Shown here piece after piece: positions 20,951 through 30,432 of a stretch of DNA of 64,000 nt. This stretch comes from Dehalococcoidia bacterium (GTDB lineage: Bacteria; Chloroflexota; Dehalococcoidia; Bin125). The stretch is from contig CAXXNO010000004.1 of the NCBI GenBank assembly GCA_963663235.2, positions 480,001 through 544,000 on the forward strand, read 5' to 3'. The stretch's first letter is position 1. Each line of letters opens with the position of its first letter. The notes beneath the pieces are model-generated. The model saw only the letters and a list, made by a program, of their open reading frames with translations, was not told the origin of the DNA and searched no databases. Position numbers and translations under genes: made by a program.

Positions 20951-21970
20951 TTAGAGCCGGACCCGCGGGTCCGCGATCGCGTACAGCACGTCGACGATCA
21001 GATACGTGAACATCGTGATCGTCGCCGCCACCAGCAGGAATCCCTGTACGGCCAACAGATCCTTCCGTAGCACGGCCTCCACCGCGTATTGCCCGAATCC
21101 GTTCCAGGCGAACACTTGCTCAACCAACACCGCGCCACCGATCAGGAATGCGAACAGGACGCCGACGATCGTGATCGTTGGGGGCAACGTATTACGGAAG
21201 AGGTACCAGTAGAGGTAGCGGCGCCGCATGCCGTGGACGCGTGCGGCCACCAAGAACGGCTCGCGCCGGGATTTCTCGACCGCCGCGGCCACCGTCTTCA
21301 GTACGGCCGGCATGTAGACCAGGACCAGGGTGGCGACGGGCAATAGGAGATGCGTCAGCGACGATTTGAAGGCGGCCCAGTTTCCATCGATGAGCGAGTC
21401 GATGGGTAAGAGGTAGGTCTTTTCCGGTGGCGCCCGAACGCCGATGCCGATCTGGCCGAGCGGCGCGGGCGCGATGTCCGCGACATGGAAGAAGAGGAAC
21501 ACCAGCAGGAGTCCCATCCAAAAATCCGGGATGGAGCCGGCGAAGAAGCCGTACCACGTTAAGATGCGGCTCAGCACACCGCGCGGTCGTAGCCCCGCAA
21601 TGATCCCGATCACGACCCCGAGGACGAGGCTCAGGAACATCGCCAGGGTGATCAACTCGAGGGTCGCGGGCAACCGACGCCCGATGTCCTCCAGCACAGG
21701 CTCCTGTGTCCGGAACGAGCGGCCCCAGTCGCCCTGGACGAGATTCTCCAAGTACTTTCCGTACTGCACGACGACGGGATCGTCGAGGCCCAAGCGCTCA
21801 CGCATGGCCTGCAACGAGACCTCGTTTGTCGCCGCCGGTCCCAAGGCGAGACGCGCCGGATCACCCGGGATGAGCTTGAGCAGCGCGAACGCGAGCACCG
21901 ACACGACGAAGAGTTGCGGGATCACGAACGCCGCACGCCGCGCCACGTATCGCGGCAGTCTGTTTTTCAC
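20951..21970 (-). CDS. ABC transporter permease (DppB/OppB-like)
   Basis: IPGDPA, LGLDDP..VQY, GDWG.S, LPATLEL, VEQVFAW.G.G, DPRVR. Confidence 0.93.
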   Translation of the reverse strand: MKNRLPRYVARRAAFVIPQLFVVSVLAFALLKLIPGDPARLALGPAATNEVSLQAMRERLGLDDPVVVQYGKYLENLVQGDWGRSFRTQEPVLEDIGRRLPATLELITLAMFLSLVLGVVIGIIAGLRPRGVLSRILTWYGFFAGSIPDFWMGLLLVFLFFHVADIAPAPLGQIGIGVRAPPEKTYLLPIDSLIDGNWAAFKSSLTHLLLPVATLVLVYMPAVLKTVAAAVEKSRREPFLVAARVHGMRRRYLYWYLFRNTLPPTITIVGVLFAFLIGGAVLVEQVFAWNGFGQYAVEAVLRKDLLAVQGFLLVAATITMFTYLIVDVLYAIADPRVRL

Positions 21971-22108
21971 CGCTCTACTCTTGTCCCGCCAGCCCTCGTC
22001 GACGGATCGCTGCGGCGAACGGACGATCGCTGGGCGCGCGCACGCCGATGGACTCGCCGACGGCTAGCCCGCCCCCACCCGTGAGGAGCCGCTGCCTCGG
22101 GTGCGGCG

Positions 22109-23842
22109 CTACGTCTTGCGCAGTTGGCGGAAGTACATGTCGTTCGCGTTGTGCCAGGTGAACCCTTCAATGTTGTCCCGCATTGCCACGGCGTAGAACG
22201 GCTCAACCAGCGGTGCGAACCCCGAGAGCTCCAGCGCTCGCGCCTGCCCAGCCTGGCTCGCTTCGATTCGGTCATCCAGATCCACCAACGGGATCGCCTC
22301 ATCGATGAGCCGCTGCAGCTCCGGATCATCCAACTGGCCGTGGTTGCTGATGGTTGCCGGGTCGTAGTTATAAAGGAACAACCCGTAGATCGGGTCCGGT
22401 CCGATCGGGGTGTCGAGCCATAGCCCGAACGGGATGGTGCGGCCATACGTGCCGTCAATCATGTCCCCGTCGGGGAGGGGGTTGAGCGTCACGTTGACGC
22501 CGATCTCGGCCAAGTTGGCGCGCACCAGGTTCGCAATCTGCTCGTTCAGCGGGAGCGCTGTCGTGTAGCTCAGATCGAGGTCCATGCCGCCGCCGAAGCC
22601 CGCATCGTCGAGCAGCGCCTTCGCCGCGCCCGCGTCCGGCTGATCCGGGAAGGGCCACAGGTCCGAGTTCGCTCCGGGGTTGATGGTTGAGAGGGCCGCC
22701 CGCCAGGGCAGGGCGAGACCAAGGTAGACGCTCTCCGCAATCTCGTCGCGCGGCATCATGATATTGAGGGCCTGTCGGACCCGCACGTCGTCGAACGGCG
22801 GCAGCAGCGAGTTCATGTAGGCGAACAGGACGAAATTGCTTCGCACCGCGATGGCGTTGACACCATCGGAGTCCTTGGCCTGGAAGAACTGGTCCGGGCT
22901 CAAATCTTCGGCGATGTCGACTTCGCCCGCCTGCAACGCCGCCAAGCGTACCGAGGACTCCGGAACCACGCGGTAGATCACTCGGTCGATCTGGGGCGGC
23001 CCCTGGAAGTAGTTCGGATTCGCCCGCCAGATCACTTCCTGGCCCGGGGTCCACGTCTCGACATCGTAGGCGCCGAAGCCAGCGCAGTTGCTGGCCAAAA
23101 AGTCGATCGACCAGGGGTCATCTTCGGTGGCGGCCGCCTGCGCCGTTTTGGCGTCGAGGAACGGCATGAAGAGATCGTCCCAGACGCTGACGAGCAGGCC
23201 GTTGGGCGCTGTGGCCTTCACCTTGATTGTGTACTTGTCGATGACCTCGTAGGGGTCGTCCAGATCCAGGCCGATCAAGGTGTTGTAGAAGTAGCCGATG
23301 GCCTCCAACGCGATGGCTCGATCAATCGTGTAGGCGATGTCCTCCGAGGTGAGTTCATTCCCGGAGGCGCTGAGAATGCCCTCCCGGAGCGTGAGGATGA
23401 CGGCAGAGTCGTTGTCGGTGATCTCCCACGCCGTCAGCTGCCAGGGCTCAAGTTCTCCGAGGTCGATATAACCCGCGTTCTGGCCTTCCGCCGGCTCCGC
23501 GTAGGGATAATCGATGTTCTTGAAGGCGATCGGCGTGTCGTAGCACTGGCTCATCGACTCGTACGTCGGAAAGTTCCCGGCCGAGAGGTCTTTGTCGAGC
23601 CCGATCGGGAAGGCGGAGATGGCAACAGTGAGCGTCACCTCTTCATCGCCCGCCTGGTCCTGTGCGGGCCGCACTGCCCCGTCGTCGTCATCGTCGTCGC
23701 CGCAGCCCACGAGGGCGAGGCCGGCCGCGCCCACGCCCGACGTTGCGGCGGCGGCCAGCAAGCGCCGCCGTTGGATCCGCCGCCGGTGCCAGGGCAGGCG
23801 AGTGCCCTCGTCGTGTCCGCTGGTGTTCTCGCTCGAAGTCAC
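22109..23842 (-). CDS. ABC transporter substrate-binding protein, family 5, Tat-lipoprotein
   Basis: RRRLL Tat motif, LVGC lipobox and poly-Asp; ANPNYF.G.P, LQAGEVDI, PFDDVRVRQAL. Confidence 0.92.
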   Translation of the reverse strand: MTSSENTSGHDEGTRLPWHRRRIQRRRLLAAAATSGVGAAGLALVGCGDDDDDDGAVRPAQDQAGDEEVTLTVAISAFPIGLDKDLSAGNFPTYESMSQCYDTPIAFKNIDYPYAEPAEGQNAGYIDLGELEPWQLTAWEITDNDSAVILTLREGILSASGNELTSEDIAYTIDRAIALEAIGYFYNTLIGLDLDDPYEVIDKYTIKVKATAPNGLLVSVWDDLFMPFLDAKTAQAAATEDDPWSIDFLASNCAGFGAYDVETWTPGQEVIWRANPNYFQGPPQIDRVIYRVVPESSVRLAALQAGEVDIAEDLSPDQFFQAKDSDGVNAIAVRSNFVLFAYMNSLLPPFDDVRVRQALNIMMPRDEIAESVYLGLALPWRAALSTINPGANSDLWPFPDQPDAGAAKALLDDAGFGGGMDLDLSYTTALPLNEQIANLVRANLAEIGVNVTLNPLPDGDMIDGTYGRTIPFGLWLDTPIGPDPIYGLFLYNYDPATISNHGQLDDPELQRLIDEAIPLVDLDDRIEASQAGQARALELSGFAPLVEPFYAVAMRDNIEGFTWHNANDMYFRQLRKT

Positions 23843-23915
23843 GCTGTACCTCCTGCTTTCATCGCTGCGTATCTCGCTCTCACGAAGCCATCGCCTCGCT
23901 ATTCTCGCCTAGCTG

Positions 23916-24686
23916 TCAAGTCTTTCGGGCTTGAGCGGGCCATCCGAGGGGCTCGACGTCGGTTTCGCGGATTTCGACCCCGATCGGGTAGACCGGCACG
24001 CCGCTCTCATCCCAGTCTTCGATGGGGATCGAGCCCGTCCCGTGAGGACAGATCGACACCACGACCGCCAGCGAGATCTCCGCGTAGAATTCGATGTAAT
24101 CGCCAGCCTGGGCGTTGCCCTCCTCCAGCAGATAGTCGCTCGTCACGGGGTCCAGGGCCGTGTTCTGAAAGAGGTTCATGTTGTCGTGGATCGCCCGCTG
24201 GCTGTGACCGAGTTGGGCGAAGCCGGCACGGAGATTGTCGTAGCAGCTGCGCGGATGCCGGCGCGTGTAGAGCATCCAGAGGTGGGGATTGCAGTGCGCG
24301 CCGTGCGCGGCGTGCTCACGCGCATGGCTGGGGTTCGGCGCAGGGCGAACCGTGTCGGCGATACAGGTGCACAGTGGTCGGTTGCGCGGCGGCGTGCCCC
24401 AGACACGCGTGAGCCGTGTCACCTGCGTCCCCTCCAACGCGACTTGTGTGCCCGAGTGGAAGTGCTCCCGCGGGTCCTCCGCGCTCGCGACGCAGGTATC
24501 GATGATCTGCGCCGCTGCGAGCTCGACCAGGCGGAACGTCTGCCCTGCCTCCACCCGGAAGCCGTAGCCGCGGCCCGCTGGCACCTCTTCGCGCGACACG
24601 AGGCGGAACGACTCCCGCTTGGCCATCAACCCTTCGTAGAAGTCGCGATCGAACGGGACGCTGATGTTCACCTCTTCGGAGCCCAT
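23916..24686 (-). CDS. DUF1989 protein, Cys-retaining subunit, copy 2
   Basis: Clear paralogue of 14706-15464 (RLTRVWGTPP, HCNPH, CYDNLRAG, GDYIEFYAE, SICP). Confidence 0.85.
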   Translation of the reverse strand: MGSEEVNISVPFDRDFYEGLMAKRESFRLVSREEVPAGRGYGFRVEAGQTFRLVELAAAQIIDTCVASAEDPREHFHSGTQVALEGTQVTRLTRVWGTPPRNRPLCTCIADTVRPAPNPSHAREHAAHGAHCNPHLWMLYTRRHPRSCYDNLRAGFAQLGHSQRAIHDNMNLFQNTALDPVTSDYLLEEGNAQAGDYIEFYAEISLAVVVSICPHGTGSIPIEDWDESGVPVYPIGVEIRETDVEPLGWPAQARKT

Positions 24687-24688
24687 CG

Positions 24689-25570
24689 CTACTCCCTCCC
24701 GGACGTGGGCACGGGCTCATCGGAGCGCACGCCCCGCTGGTCAAGGTAGAGAGTCAGATCCGGGTAGCCCATGTCGGGGTAAGGCCAGCCAGGAGGCTCC
24801 GCCACCCGGTCGTACACTGCTACCTCCACCGGCCGCGGCCGCACGGCGTCGGCGCTCGCCGCCGGGGACGACCCGTCAGTGAACGGACTCAATGCCAGCA
24901 ACACGACGAGGTCCATCTCGGCGAACACGGTCACGCGATCGCCGGCCAGAGCATCGGAGGGCAGCAAGCGCACGTGCTGGCTATACGGGTCGATCCGGCC
25001 CTTCTGGAAGAAGCAGGCGTCGTCTTTGTCCAGCACGGCCGCCGGGTCCCAGCCTCTCTGTTCCACCAGGCTGGCCAGTTGCTCCCAGCCGCTGGGAACA
25101 CCGGATGGACCGCCCGCCGCGCGCCAGAAAGCAGGGCTGCTGGTACCACTGAAGCATGGGTGATGCCGGCCCGGAACGGCGCCGTCTCGCCGCGGCGGCG
25201 TCACGGTGTCTTCGAGGATCGTCAACATGGGCCGGTGGCGGGCCATGCTGCCCCACAGCCGCCCGTAGCGCGTGAGAAACAACCCTTCTGTCGTGACGGT
25301 GTGCTGGGCCCAGTAGCGTTCGTCTGGATCGGAGGGGTTGACCGGGTACATATGCACGATCTGTGCGCCCTCGCGCAGTCGCAGGCGTAGCAGTTCTCCC
25401 GCCGCGACATCGACGGCAAGACCCGTGAACCCGGCGAGCTCAGTGGTTGTGCGCGCCGTCCATCGGTCTTGTTCCTGGAGCAACCGATGGTAGAAGGCCC
25501 GATCGATCGGCTTCGGGCAGAGATGCGTGGTGTCTTGCCAGAGTGCTTCGTCGCCCATGACGCGGGCCAA
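24689..25570 (-). CDS. DUF1989 protein, Cys-degenerate partner subunit, copy 2
   Basis: Clear paralogue of 15474-16343 (PKPID, DKDDACFFQK, FAEMDLVVLLALSP, GYPDL.LYLD..GVRSD). Confidence 0.8.
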   Translation of the reverse strand: MARVMGDEALWQDTTHLCPKPIDRAFYHRLLQEQDRWTARTTTELAGFTGLAVDVAAGELLRLRLREGAQIVHMYPVNPSDPDERYWAQHTVTTEGLFLTRYGRLWGSMARHRPMLTILEDTVTPPRRDGAVPGRHHPCFSGTSSPAFWRAAGGPSGVPSGWEQLASLVEQRGWDPAAVLDKDDACFFQKGRIDPYSQHVRLLPSDALAGDRVTVFAEMDLVVLLALSPFTDGSSPAASADAVRPRPVEVAVYDRVAEPPGWPYPDMGYPDLTLYLDQRGVRSDEPVPTSGRE

Positions 25571-25601
25571 TCAGTGGATCGACCGCAGTGAGATGATCCT
25601 C

Positions 25602-25630
25602 TTGCTACGTCCGTACGCTTGGCTTGTCAA
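25602..25630 (-). promoter_or_regulatory. Putative sigma70 promoter of the DUF1989/ABC/Rid cluster
   Basis: TTGACA-17 nt-TAGCAA on the minus strand; spacer contains palindrome CGTACG. Confidence 0.45.
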
Positions 25631-26208
25631 GAGAAACGAGCGGGATCTGACCATCAGCGGAGGACTCTGGATGTCCGAGACGTGGACGGCCAGAGCGTGG
25701 CCGCCCCTCGCCGACAGCGAGCGTCAATCGTTCCGCGACGAGCCACATATCGGCATCCGGTTCGTCGGATGGCCGGCGGGCGCGCCCGTGACCTCGCTTC
25801 TCTTAATACGCGTCCTTTGATGACGTGAGGTGTTTCAAAACTCGGTTTGCCTTGATTGAGTGGCGTCCGGCCGAGAACCTCGCCCTCGCGAGGTACGGCG
25901 ATGTGGCTCTATTGGCGACTCTTTCTCATCGGGCTGGCGCTGGAGAACCCCACGTGGGGCGTGCGCCGGATCGCCGCCGGTCCGCGCACGCCGTCCCCTC
26001 GCACGCCTTGATGCCGCACAAACGAATCGGGCATCGCCTCTTCGACTCGGGGCGTCGCGGGCTTCCGGGTGCGGGGCGAGATTCTCGCCGGCAAACCCGT
26101 GCCTCCCGACGATTCCAGTTGTCTGCGAAACGGGCGTTGGCGCGGCAGGCGGGCGCCGGGCGCGGTGGACGGATCCGCGTTCGCGCCTGTGCCGGACGAA
26201 ACGAGATG

Positions 26209-26283
26209 TGGAGCCGGCGGGGGGATTCGAACCCTCGACCTGCTGTTTACGAAACAGCTGCTCTACCTCTGAGCTACACCGGC
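26209..26283 (-). tRNA. tRNA-Thr(CGT)
   Basis: GCCGGTGTAGCTCAGAGGTAGAGCAGCTGTTTCGTAAACAGCAGGTCGAGGGTTCGAATCCCCCCGCCGGCTCCA: cloverleaf, anticodon CGT, encoded CCA. Confidence 0.97.
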
Positions 26284-26347
26284 TCGGTGTTCGATTACCA
26301 GATCAGTTGTGTCATACGGATGGCAGCGCGACCTTGTGTTCCTGCCA

Positions 26348-26383
26348 TTTGACAGCAACTTTGACAGCAACTTTGACTGCAAC
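26348..26383 (+). repeat. 12-bp tandem repeat x3 (TTTGACAGCAAC), candidate integrase arm-type sites
   Basis: tttgacagcaac tttgacagcaac tttgactgcaac. Confidence 0.8.
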
Positions 26384-26389
26384 GCGACG

Positions 26390-26721
26390 CACGACGCGCC
26401 CCCAATGGCTGCCTCGATGCGATGGGCGACGATTTCCTGCGCCTCCGGTGCGACGTGGCTGTAAACATTCATCGTCGTCCCGATATCCGCATGCCCGAGC
26501 GCTTCCATGGCTCGCCGTGCCGGGACACCCTGAGCCGCCATCAGTGAAGCTGCGCCGTGCCGCAGGTGATGGTATCGCATGCTGGACAGACCGGCTCGCT
26601 GTCGGAGGCCGCCGAACCGTTTCCCGACCGACGTTCCATAGAGTGGCCCGCCGCTCTCGTCGGCAACGACAAGGGCGCCCCACGCGCCCAGACGGCTTTG
26701 TCCTGTACGGCACAAGACCAC
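26390..26721 (-). pseudogene. Tyrosine integrase C-terminal remnant
   Basis: RYHHLRHGAASL...LGHADIGTTMNVYSH catalytic motifs; N-terminal two-thirds absent. Confidence 0.9.
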
Positions 26722-26778
26722 GACGGCGAGGCCCCTGCGTTCGCCTTCTCCGCAATCGCGCGGAGCGGCTCCACCCTC

Positions 26779-27173
26779 TCAGCGCACGGTCGTCGGTGCT
26801 GCGAGCCGGCGTTTGATAGCGGCCCAATTGGTGCCGGTCTCCAGGGATTCCCACGCCACGAAGGCCGTGCCGCCCGCATTCCACTCTTCCAGGCGGCGCA
26901 TTGCCGTCCGATGCGGCTCCGCGTCGCGGAACCGCTCCATGGCCTCGCGGCTCTCCCAGATGGTGTGTGTATAAATGTGCTTCGGTCGCCACGGGCGCCA
27001 GTGGGTGGTCGCCCCTGATTCCCGGCCGTGGCGAGCGCTTGGTCGTGCACCCGCGCGCCGAGGCGAAACACGCCGACGAAGTTGTGCCAGTGGCGCGTGC
27101 GCAGCACCGTGGCGACGTGGAGATACTGCTGGGTTATCTCGCTCCCCGTTCGTCGCGAATCTACCACGCTCAC
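26779..27173 (-). pseudogene. DUF3291/ABM-fold monooxygenase-like gene with one frameshift
   Basis: YLHVATVL...ALATAGNQG joins ATTHW..HIYTHTIWESREAMERF...PHRTAM across a G run near 27012; may be a sequencing indel. Confidence 0.55.
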
Positions 27174-27304
27174 CAGCCCTGGGCTCGGCGGGCTGAAACG
27201 GGGGCAGGTCTGACCCAGCGCGGTCGATGCATGCCGCCGTTGCAGGCAAGCGATCGAATCAAGCAGCGGGTGACTTCGAAGCGCTCTGGGCGACGGCTGC
27301 GGTC

Positions 27305-27532
27305 CTACCGTGGGCGCTTGGATGCGTTCCCTGTCAGCGCCGCATCGATGATCGCTGGATCGACGCCGGCCAGATCACAATCCTGGACCATCGAGACGAT
27401 GGCTCGATTGACGATTTCCTCGCCCAACTCGTTGAACTCGTCGCCGTGATCACGAATCAGCCCGGTCAAATCTGCAATCTGCTGCAGGCGCGTTCCCGTA
27501 AAGGCCTCGATCTGGGTCGTGTTCGAGGGCAT
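27305..27532 (-). CDS. Small hypothetical protein (75 aa)
   Basis: RBS AGGAG, ATG, protein-like amphipathic helical composition. Confidence 0.6.
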   Translation of the reverse strand: MPSNTTQIEAFTGTRLQQIADLTGLIRDHGDEFNELGEEIVNRAIVSMVQDCDLAGVDPAIIDAALTGNASKRPR

Positions 27533-28111
27533 CCGGCAGCTCTCCTGTCCGCGGGCCTTGAGCCGCGACCGCGAGACCTGAGCACGATTTGCGGCAGTGG
27601 TCTCCGTTCAATAGGCGCAGGACCGAACGCGCTGTGACGCTGGCAGCGGGGATTGCCGTCCCGGGCGGGCGGTGCAGGTACCGGCGATCGTCCGCCGACA
27701 GGGTGCTGCGGTCACTCCGGGCCTTCGGCGGGCGGACGACGGGTCAGTAGGATGCGTGATCGAGATCCCGTTGCACGGAGAGGGCGGAATCGCAGCACTG
27801 TTCAGCTCCGCGCCAGGACGAGCCTGAACGCAGGTGGTCGCCGGTTCGGCCCGTCGCGGTTGCGCGAGCGATCGCGCCGCATCCCACCCGTCCGCCCGGC
27901 AAGCGTAGCGGACAGAACGCATGTTCGCGCACCTGGTCGGCGCGCGACGTGCACGGTTGCGCGCGGATGAGCAGTCGCATTCCGCCCCCAAGAGGGGGTG
28001 TGCGTTGCCAGCGAGCACGCAGTGGTGGATCCTTGCGCCGGTGGGCACTGATGCGCTTCGCCCGATCGCAAGCGCCGCCACCCGTTCGGCGAGCACCATC
28101 GGAGGTCGGCG

Positions 28112-29077
28112 ATGGAGAAGCCCGGATTTTTCCTGAATCCGCCCCCGGGGCAACGCAAGGCAATGATCGAGGCCACGCAAGATCTGGAGCGACGCGGCTT
28201 CCCGTACGTGTTTGCCGGGCAGGGCTCTGCGCCCGCCATCCGCTCGTCAGAAACGGCGGAACACGTGGTCCGCCCCTATTTGGGCGCCAGCTGGCTCGAC
28301 GGGCTCACGCACTGCCTGGCGACCGGCATGGCGACGGAGCGGATCACCTTCGGCACCGCGATCGAAGTGACCTACACCCGCCATCCGCACGAGATGATCG
28401 GGATCGCCAATTACATCAACGAGACCTGCGACGGGCGCTTCATCCTTGGCATCGGGCCCGGACACACCGAGATCCTGGAGCCGTTCCGCTACCGGCTGGA
28501 GAAGCCCTTGGCGCACATGCGACAGTACGTCTACGCGATGCGGGAGGCCGCTGCCGGACAGCCGATGCCGCCCATCATTTTCTCTGCCTTGCGGAAGAAG
28601 ATGGTGCGCCTGGCGGGCGAGCTGGCGGACGGCGTGATCTGGGCCAACGCCGTGCGCTCGCATCTGCCGGAATCCTTGCAGGAGATCCCGGCGGCGAAGC
28701 GCGACACGTTCCTTGTGGGCAACATCGCCCCAGCCTACGTGTCCGACGACCGGGGTGAGGCGTTGGCGGCGGTGCGTCTCGCTCTGAGCAATTATCTCAG
28801 CCTGACGAACTACCAGCGGTATTTCATCGAGGCGGGCTATGGGGAAGAGGTGGAGCGGGTGCGCGCTGCGATTGCGGTCGGCGACCACGCGGGCATCATG
28901 GGGGCAGTGTCGGAGGAGATGGCCGACGACATCGCGGTCTTCGGCACCCCGGCCCAGGTCCGCGAGAAAGTGGAGGCCTTCCAGGCCGCGGGCGTGACCC
29001 ACCTCTGCCTCGCCACCACCTTCCACAGCGAGAACCAGCCCCAGGCGGTCCTGAGGGTCGCCGCCGCCTTCGACTGA
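28112..29077 (+). CDS. LLM-class flavin/F420-dependent oxidoreductase (cargo of the element)
   Basis: TERITFGTAI, GRFILGIG.GH, LAGELADG, GTPAQV..V..F.AAGV; RBS GGAGG. Confidence 0.88.
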   Translation: MEKPGFFLNPPPGQRKAMIEATQDLERRGFPYVFAGQGSAPAIRSSETAEHVVRPYLGASWLDGLTHCLATGMATERITFGTAIEVTYTRHPHEMIGIANYINETCDGRFILGIGPGHTEILEPFRYRLEKPLAHMRQYVYAMREAAAGQPMPPIIFSALRKKMVRLAGELADGVIWANAVRSHLPESLQEIPAAKRDTFLVGNIAPAYVSDDRGEALAAVRLALSNYLSLTNYQRYFIEAGYGEEVERVRAAIAVGDHAGIMGAVSEEMADDIAVFGTPAQVREKVEAFQAAGVTHLCLATTFHSENQPQAVLRVAAAFD

Positions 29078-29127
29078 ACCGCGCCGCCCGCCCATTCGTA
29101 GAGCGACGGGATCGAGCCCTGTGTCAT
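29078..29127 (-). pseudogene. N-terminal stub resembling a group II truncated hemoglobin
   Basis: RBS GAGG then MTQGSIPSLYEWAGG, cut off at the LLM gene stop. Confidence 0.45.
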
Positions 29128-29199
29128 CGCGACCTCTCGCGGCTGACGGCCAAAATAAAACATCAATGCGCCACGCGCGTGTGGGCTTCGTGTCCAACG

Positions 29200-29223
29200 G
29201 TTGACAGCAGTTTTGACAGCAAC
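29200..29223 (+). repeat. Two more copies of the 12-bp TTGACAGCA repeat (opposite att arm)
   Basis: gttgacagcagt tttgacagcaac, same orientation as 26348-26383. Confidence 0.78.
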
Positions 29224-29327
29224 GTCGACGGACTGACAGCGACGACGGCACACGTAAGCGAATCGACCAGCGCGGACTCTATCCGGCGGCGGACCTTGGC
29301 AGACTTGCCCGAACGCCGCGGTTCAGA

Positions 29328-29364
29328 TTACGAAGCAGCTGCTCTACCTCTGAGCGACACCGGC
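29328..29364 (-). repeat. att site: displaced 5' half of tRNA-Thr
   Basis: ttacgaagcagctgctctacctctgagcgacaccggc vs ttacgaaacagctgctctacctctgagctacaccggc. Confidence 0.9.
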
Positions 29365-29402
29365 TTGTGCTCCCTGAGTAGACGGGCGGCTCCGCCGGCG
29401 CT

Positions 29403-30347
29403 TCAGGACTGATCGACCAGTGGGATCAAGACGCTCGGGGCCTGGGGGCCGCGGCCCGGCACTTGGCTCTCGGCGTGGTACGAGGAGCGCACCAACGGAC
29501 CCGCTTCCACGTGCCGGAAACCGAGCGTCCGTGCCTCCCGAGCGATGGCGTCGAACTCCTCGGGAGGGAGGTAGCGGTCGACCGGGAGGTGCTTGGAGCT
29601 GGGGCGCAGGTACTGCCCCACGGTGAGCACGTCACAATCGACGCCGTGCAGGTCGCGGAGCACGTCCCGGATCTCATCGCGCGTTTCGCCCAAGCCCACC
29701 ATCAGGCCGCTCTTGGTGACGGGCCGGGGCCGCCAGGCCGCCGCCCGTTGCAGCAGATCGAGCGTGCGCTCGTAGCGTCCTTTGTGCCGCGCTTTGGGAT
29801 ACAGCCGCGGGACCGTCTCGGTGTTGTGGTTGAGGACATCGGGGCGCATCGTCAGCACCGCCGCCAACGCGCTCCAGTTTCCTTCGAAGTCGGGGATCAG
29901 GACCTCGATGTTGGTGCCGGGCGAAATCCGCCGGATCCAGCGGATGGTGTGCGCGAAGATCTCCGCGCCGCCGTCCGGCAGATCGTCGCGGTTGACCGAT
30001 GTGATCACCGCGTGTCGCAGACCCATGCGCTGCACGGCCAGAGCCACGCGCCGAGGCTCGTCGCGGTCCAGGCCCTGCGGCCGGCCGCTGGTCACCTGGC
30101 AGTAGCCACAGGCGCGGGTGCATACATTGCCCAGGATCATGAACGTGGCGGTGCCGCGGTTCCAACATTCGCCGATGTTGGGGCAGTGCGCTTCCTCGCA
30201 GACCGTGTGCAGATCGCTCTCGCGCATGAGCGATTCCAGCCGGCGGTAGCCCGTCCCCCCCGGCAGGCGCACCTTGAGCCAGGGAGGCTTGGCGCCGGCG
30301 GGATTGGGCCGCATCGGCCGGACGGTTGTGGTCTGCTCCGCCGTCAT
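29403..30347 (-). CDS. lipA: Lipoyl synthase
   Basis: KPPWLK, CEEAHCPNIGEC, CTRACGYC radical SAM motif, RSSYHA. Confidence 0.97.
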   Translation of the reverse strand: MTAEQTTTVRPMRPNPAGAKPPWLKVRLPGGTGYRRLESLMRESDLHTVCEEAHCPNIGECWNRGTATFMILGNVCTRACGYCQVTSGRPQGLDRDEPRRVALAVQRMGLRHAVITSVNRDDLPDGGAEIFAHTIRWIRRISPGTNIEVLIPDFEGNWSALAAVLTMRPDVLNHNTETVPRLYPKARHKGRYERTLDLLQRAAAWRPRPVTKSGLMVGLGETRDEIRDVLRDLHGVDCDVLTVGQYLRPSSKHLPVDRYLPPEEFDAIAREARTLGFRHVEAGPLVRSSYHAESQVPGRGPQAPSVLIPLVDQS

Positions 30348-30432
30348 CGCCAGCGATGGTAGCAGGCGCCGGAGCGCTATCGCGTCGGGTTGCGTCGCGG
30401 GAGGTGCGGCATCGCGGTATGGTGAGGTTCCG

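Larger units (their letters stand above)
26247..29364. mobile_element. Decayed integrative element (~3.1 kb) inserted in tRNA-Thr
   Basis: 37-bp direct repeat (26247-26283 and 29328-29364, 2 mismatches), integrase remnant next to the tRNA, TTGACAGCA repeats at both ends. Confidence 0.85.

Noticed and set aside
25571-26208. Search for a guanidine riboswitch upstream of the DUF1989 cluster
   Set aside because: No recognisable ykkC-type conserved 3' motif or paired ACG[AG]-loop hairpins by eye; a covariance-model scan is needed to exclude it
26348-26383. Short repeats as a possible CRISPR array
   Set aside because: 12-bp units with no spacers and no cas genes; better explained as integrase arm sites
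25825-26816. Plus-strand ORFs spanning the tRNA
   Set aside because: They overlap a bona fide tRNA and an integrase remnant on the other strand
27533-28111. ORFs inside the element upstream of the LLM gene
   Set aside because: No coherent protein-like sequence or RBS in any frame
29328-29364. Second tRNA gene or split tRNA
   Set aside because: Only the 5' half, with two mutations and no T-arm or acceptor 3' strand; it is an att remnant
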